From contig CAVUKB010000001.1 of the NCBI GenBank assembly GCA_963741955.1, positions 256,001-320,000 of the forward strand: 64,000 bases of DNA, written 5' to 3'. The first letter of the stretch is position 1. Each line of letters begins with the position of its first letter. Positions 60,560 to 64,000 of this stretch are shown here, in pieces. The stretch is from an uncultured Acidobacteriota bacterium (GTDB taxonomy: Bacteria; Acidobacteriota; Thermoanaerobaculia; Gp7-AA8). The position numbers were made by a program, and so were the translations under genes. Below the pieces are notes generated by a model that saw only the letters and a list, made by a program, of their open reading frames with translations, did no database searches and was not told the origin of the DNA.

Positions 60560-62124
60560 CGGAGGGAATCCGTTCGACGGGCGGAGGGAGGCTCGCGCGG
60601 CGGTACCATGTCGTGATCCTCGGCGGCGCGTTCAGCGGCGCGTCCGCGGCGATCCTCCTGCGGCGCGAGCTACCCCAGCTGAAGGTGCTGATCGTCGAGA
60701 AGGCCGAACGGTTCGACGAGAAGGTCGGCGAAGCGACCACCGAGCTCGCGGCAATGTTCCTCACCCGTCGGCTCGCCCTCTGGGAGCACCTGCGGACGAA
60801 CCATCTCCCGAAGGAAGGTTTGCGTTACTGGTTCGGCAACGAGAAGGTCTCCCGTCATGCCGAAGCGACCGAGAGCGGAGGGGATCTCCGCAGCGCGGTT
60901 CCGTCGTTCCAGCTCCGGCGCGACGTGCTCGACGAACACCTTCTCGCCACGGCGGTCCGCGAAGGTGCGGATCTGTTGCGTCCTGCGCGCGTGACCGACG
61001 TCAGGATCGGAGAATTCGATCACGAAGTCTCGGTCGAGTCGGGTGATGGGACGATCTCCATCTCGTGCGACTGGGTACTGGATGCGAGCGGCCGCGCGAA
61101 CATCGTGGGGCGGAAACTCGGGTTGATCGAGCGCAACGAGGCGCATCCCGTGGCCGCGATGTGGGGCCGATGGCGCAAAGTCCGCGACATCGACGACATC
61201 GCCGCGCGGGAAGGTGGCGAATTCGCAGCGCGCAATGTCGGCTCCCGCCGGCTCGCGACGAATCACTACATGGGGCGTGGTTACTGGGTCTGGGTCATAC
61301 CCCTCGGGAACGGCGAGACGAGTATCGGTGTGGTCTGGGACCGCCGGCTGGTCGGGCTCCACGAGAGTGGCCACCGCAAGGCCGACTACGTCACCTTCCT
61401 CACCGCGATACCCGCGCTGCGCGAATTGCTCGCCGGCGCGGAGATGCGGGCCGAGGACCTCCGTTTCTATTCGCACCTGGCGTATTCGACGAAGGAGTAC
61501 ATGGGGAAGGGATGGGCGCTGCTGGGAGATGCGGCAGTCTTTCTCGATCCGTACTATTCACCCGGTCTCGACCACGCGGCGTTCTCCATCGAAGCCACGG
61601 TGGAGATCATCAGGAAGTGGGCGGAGGAAGAGGACGTCTCGAGGTCGATCGCCGAGCACAACGCGACGTTCATCCGCTCGTACCGTCGCTTCTTCGAAGC
61701 GGTCTACCGCGGCAAGTACTTCTACATGGGCGAAGCGGACCTGGTCACTGCGTCGTTCCTTCTCGACACCGCTCATTACTACATCTTCGTGGTGATTCCT
61801 GCGTACCGGATCTTCAAGCGCTTTCACTGGATGCCGGTGCTCGGTCCGGCGGGCGCGTTCTTCAGCTACCGTCTGATGCGGCTGTACAACCGCCGCTTCG
61901 TCGCTCTCGCGGAGCGCCGGCGCCGCACCGGCAGCGAGGGCCGACGGAACCACGGCCGGAGAATCCGCGCGTGGTTCGATCTCCGCTTCGGCCCGATGTG
62001 GATGCTCCTGCGCGGTCTGAAGCTGTGGCTCTACGCGGAGCTCGACGGAGTGCGGCTCCGCTTCCGCCGGAATACCGAACCGGATGAGGTTCGCGGCGAA
62101 GAAGAGATCGAAGCGCGAGGTTGA
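60556..62124 (+). CDS. Flavin-dependent halogenase-like oxidoreductase
   Basis: VVILGGAFSG, KVGEAT, DASGR, WVWVIP, GDAAVFLDPYYSPG. Confidence 0.8.
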   Translation: MTEGIRSTGGGRLARRYHVVILGGAFSGASAAILLRRELPQLKVLIVEKAERFDEKVGEATTELAAMFLTRRLALWEHLRTNHLPKEGLRYWFGNEKVSRHAEATESGGDLRSAVPSFQLRRDVLDEHLLATAVREGADLLRPARVTDVRIGEFDHEVSVESGDGTISISCDWVLDASGRANIVGRKLGLIERNEAHPVAAMWGRWRKVRDIDDIAAREGGEFAARNVGSRRLATNHYMGRGYWVWVIPLGNGETSIGVVWDRRLVGLHESGHRKADYVTFLTAIPALRELLAGAEMRAEDLRFYSHLAYSTKEYMGKGWALLGDAAVFLDPYYSPGLDHAAFSIEATVEIIRKWAEEEDVSRSIAEHNATFIRSYRRFFEAVYRGKYFYMGEADLVTASFLLDTAHYYIFVVIPAYRIFKRFHWMPVLGPAGAFFSYRLMRLYNRRFVALAERRRRTGSEGRRNHGRRIRAWFDLRFGPMWMLLRGLKLWLYAELDGVRLRFRRNTEPDEVRGEEEIEARG

Positions 62125-62134
62125 GTGCACAAAC

Positions 62135-62983
62135 TCAGTCCGGCAGCGGAATCTCCGCATCGGGAGTGGGCCCGACACTGAGTGTTCTCCACGCGATCGC
62201 AGCGAGGACGATCGCTCCTCCGATCACCGCCCAGGGCGTGGGACGCTCACCGAGGAAGAGGAAGACCCAGATCGGATTCGAGACCGGCTCGATCATGCCG
62301 GTGAGCGAGGCCTGAGTCGCAGTGACGTGCTCGAGGCCGGCGACGAAGAGCGCGTAGGCGGCGCCGATCTGAAAGATCCCCAGAAAGAGAAGGACTCCGG
62401 CGGATTTCGGTGTCAGCGCGAGATCGCTCGTGATGAACGGGAGGATCGCCACGGCGGCGACGACATTTCCCCACGTCACGGCCGATTGCGCCGCTTCGCC
62501 GCGCTCGCGCCGGAGCGAGATCACCAGGATGGCGAAGAAAATGCTCGAGAGGAGAGCCATCAGGTTCCCGGCCATCCCCCGCGCTTCGAATCTCCCGACG
62601 AAGAAGAGCGCCATTCCCCCGAGCGCCGTCGCGATGGCGATCACGTCTTTCCCCCGCCACTTCTCGTTCAGAAAAAGAGGAGAGAAGAGGAGCACCCAGA
62701 CCACCGCCGCGTACTGGAGGAAGATCGCGTTCGCCGCGGTCGTCCACTTGGTCGCGATGACGAACGTGGTCAGGCATGCGGCGTAGCTGACGATGGCGGT
62801 GAAGAACGCGAAAGTGAATCGGAAGTACCGCGGACGGAAGAAGACGAAGAGCGCGATCGCGGCGAAGAGTGAACGATAGAACGCGACCTTCAACGCGGGG
62901 TCTGCAACGGCTTTGATGCCGATTCCGCCGGTGGACCAGAGAAGCGCCGCACCGATGACGAGAAGAATGCCGCGTCTTTCCAT
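62135..62983 (-). CDS. EamA/DMT family transporter
   Basis: LLWSTGGIGIK, TTAANAIFLQY, IEPVSNPIW. Confidence 0.9.
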   Translation of the reverse strand: MERRGILLVIGAALLWSTGGIGIKAVADPALKVAFYRSLFAAIALFVFFRPRYFRFTFAFFTAIVSYAACLTTFVIATKWTTAANAIFLQYAAVVWVLLFSPLFLNEKWRGKDVIAIATALGGMALFFVGRFEARGMAGNLMALLSSIFFAILVISLRRERGEAAQSAVTWGNVVAAVAILPFITSDLALTPKSAGVLLFLGIFQIGAAYALFVAGLEHVTATQASLTGMIEPVSNPIWVFLFLGERPTPWAVIGGAIVLAAIAWRTLSVGPTPDAEIPLPD

Positions 62984-63033
62984 CAGATCTCTGTTTCCCC
63001 TTCCCGCCCGATGATCGATATCCAAAGCCGGTT

Positions 63034-63639
63034 TCAGATGCTCTCGATGATCGCTCCGCCGGTGCGCATCTCCTCAATCGCGCGAGCAACGTCTCCGGGA
63101 CTCAGCTCGACGCCGCGGCAGCCATCGATCACCACGTGCGTCGTGAAGCCGAGTTGCAACGCGTCGAGTGCCGAGTAGCGGACGCAGTAGTCCGTTGCCA
63201 GTCCTGCGAGCCAGACATCCGTGACTCCTTCCGCGCGGAGGAAGTCGCCGAGGCCGGTCGCTTTGAGGTGACGGTTGTCGAAGAAGGCGGAGTAGCTGTC
63301 GATCGACGGGTCGGTTCCCTTCCGGAAGACGCGGGCGATGCGGGTGCGGTCGAGCCTCTCGTCGAATTCGGCACCGCGGGAACCCTGAACGCAGTGGTCG
63401 GGCCAGAGCACCTGCGGGAATCCGTCGAGGTCGATCACGTTGCCGGGCTTCTCTCCCGGATGGTTCGACGCGAAGCTCGCGTGATTCGGGGGATGCCAGT
63501 CCTGCGTCGCGAGAACCAGCTCGAATCGCGGCTGGAGGCGGTTGGCGATCGGAACGACCAGATCGCCTTCCGGTACGGCGAGACTCCCTCCCGGCAGAAA
63601 ATCGTTCTGGATGTCGATGAGAATCAGTGCCTCACTCAT
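63034..63639 (-). CDS. pncA: Nicotinamidase/pyrazinamidase
   Basis: IDIQNDFLPGGSLAV, QDWHP, WPDHCVQ, GLATDYCV. Confidence 0.95.
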   Translation of the reverse strand: MSEALILIDIQNDFLPGGSLAVPEGDLVVPIANRLQPRFELVLATQDWHPPNHASFASNHPGEKPGNVIDLDGFPQVLWPDHCVQGSRGAEFDERLDRTRIARVFRKGTDPSIDSYSAFFDNRHLKATGLGDFLRAEGVTDVWLAGLATDYCVRYSALDALQLGFTTHVVIDGCRGVELSPGDVARAIEEMRTGGAIIESI

Positions 63640-63684
63640 GTCCGGCTCCCGGCTCGATGGTGATGCTGCTCGTCGGGTGACCGG

Positions 63685-64000
63685 TCAGAGCTCTGCCAGC
63701 GCCGACTTGCGGATCTTTCCTCGTGCGTCGAGCGGCATCGAGTCGATCAGTTTGATCACACGGGGAACCTTGTGCTGGGAGAGGTGCTCACGGCAGAACG
63801 CGCGGACCGCGTCACGCGTCACTGCGCCATCCGCGACGATCGCTGCCGCCACGACGTCTCCCCGCGCTCCGGCCGGCTCGCCATAGACCTTGACCTCACG
63901 GACTCCTTCGATGCGCCGGATGACCCGTTCGACTTCACGCGGATTCACCTTCTTCCCCGCGATGTTGATCAGATCTCCGATCCGTCCGGTCAGCTCGATC
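63685..64000 (-). CDS. AMP-dependent acyl-CoA synthetase, C-terminal part (5' end outside the window)
   Basis: GRIGDLINIAGKKVNPREVE and GKIRK. Confidence 0.88.
   Translation of the reverse strand, partial: IELTGRIGDLINIAGKKVNPREVERVIRRIEGVREVKVYGEPAGARGDVVAAAIVADGAVTRDAVRAFCREHLSQHKVPRVIKLIDSMPLDARGKIRKSALAEL

Overview
GC-rich bacterial chromosome segment; gene content (TPR-tailed Ser/Thr kinase, DUF5916, HAMP-SpoIIE phosphatase, NtrY-like kinase) suggests Acidobacteriota, possibly Thermoanaerobaculia (inference only). Mostly housekeeping genes: queA/C/E, nadE, mutY, xerD, lipA, carD, deoB, pdp, mce, tyrA, secA, pncA. The stand-out accessory locus is a gas-vesicle cluster at about 19.8-26.6 kb on the minus strand (gvpF, gvpG, an 882-aa tandem Get3/ArsA-family ATPase fused in frame to a GvpL/F domain, a short GvpA paralog, gvpL/F, gvpK, gvpJ, gvpA). 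No gvpN, gvpO or gvpC is visible in the window. Also present: a 2.5-kb mosaic of truncated genes (LuxR HTH, Rad50/DndD-like ATPase plus small partner, IS66 tnpC), three MITE-like elements with terminal inverted repeats and flanking duplications, at least nine intergenic 7-bp-period tandem arrays, repeated TAnnnT-N6-9-start leaderless-type promoters, an orphan flavin-dependent halogenase-like gene and an atypical transketolase/aminotransferase pair. No rRNA, tRNA or CRISPR array was recognised. All calls were made by eye from motifs; no database search was run, and start codons are best estimates.
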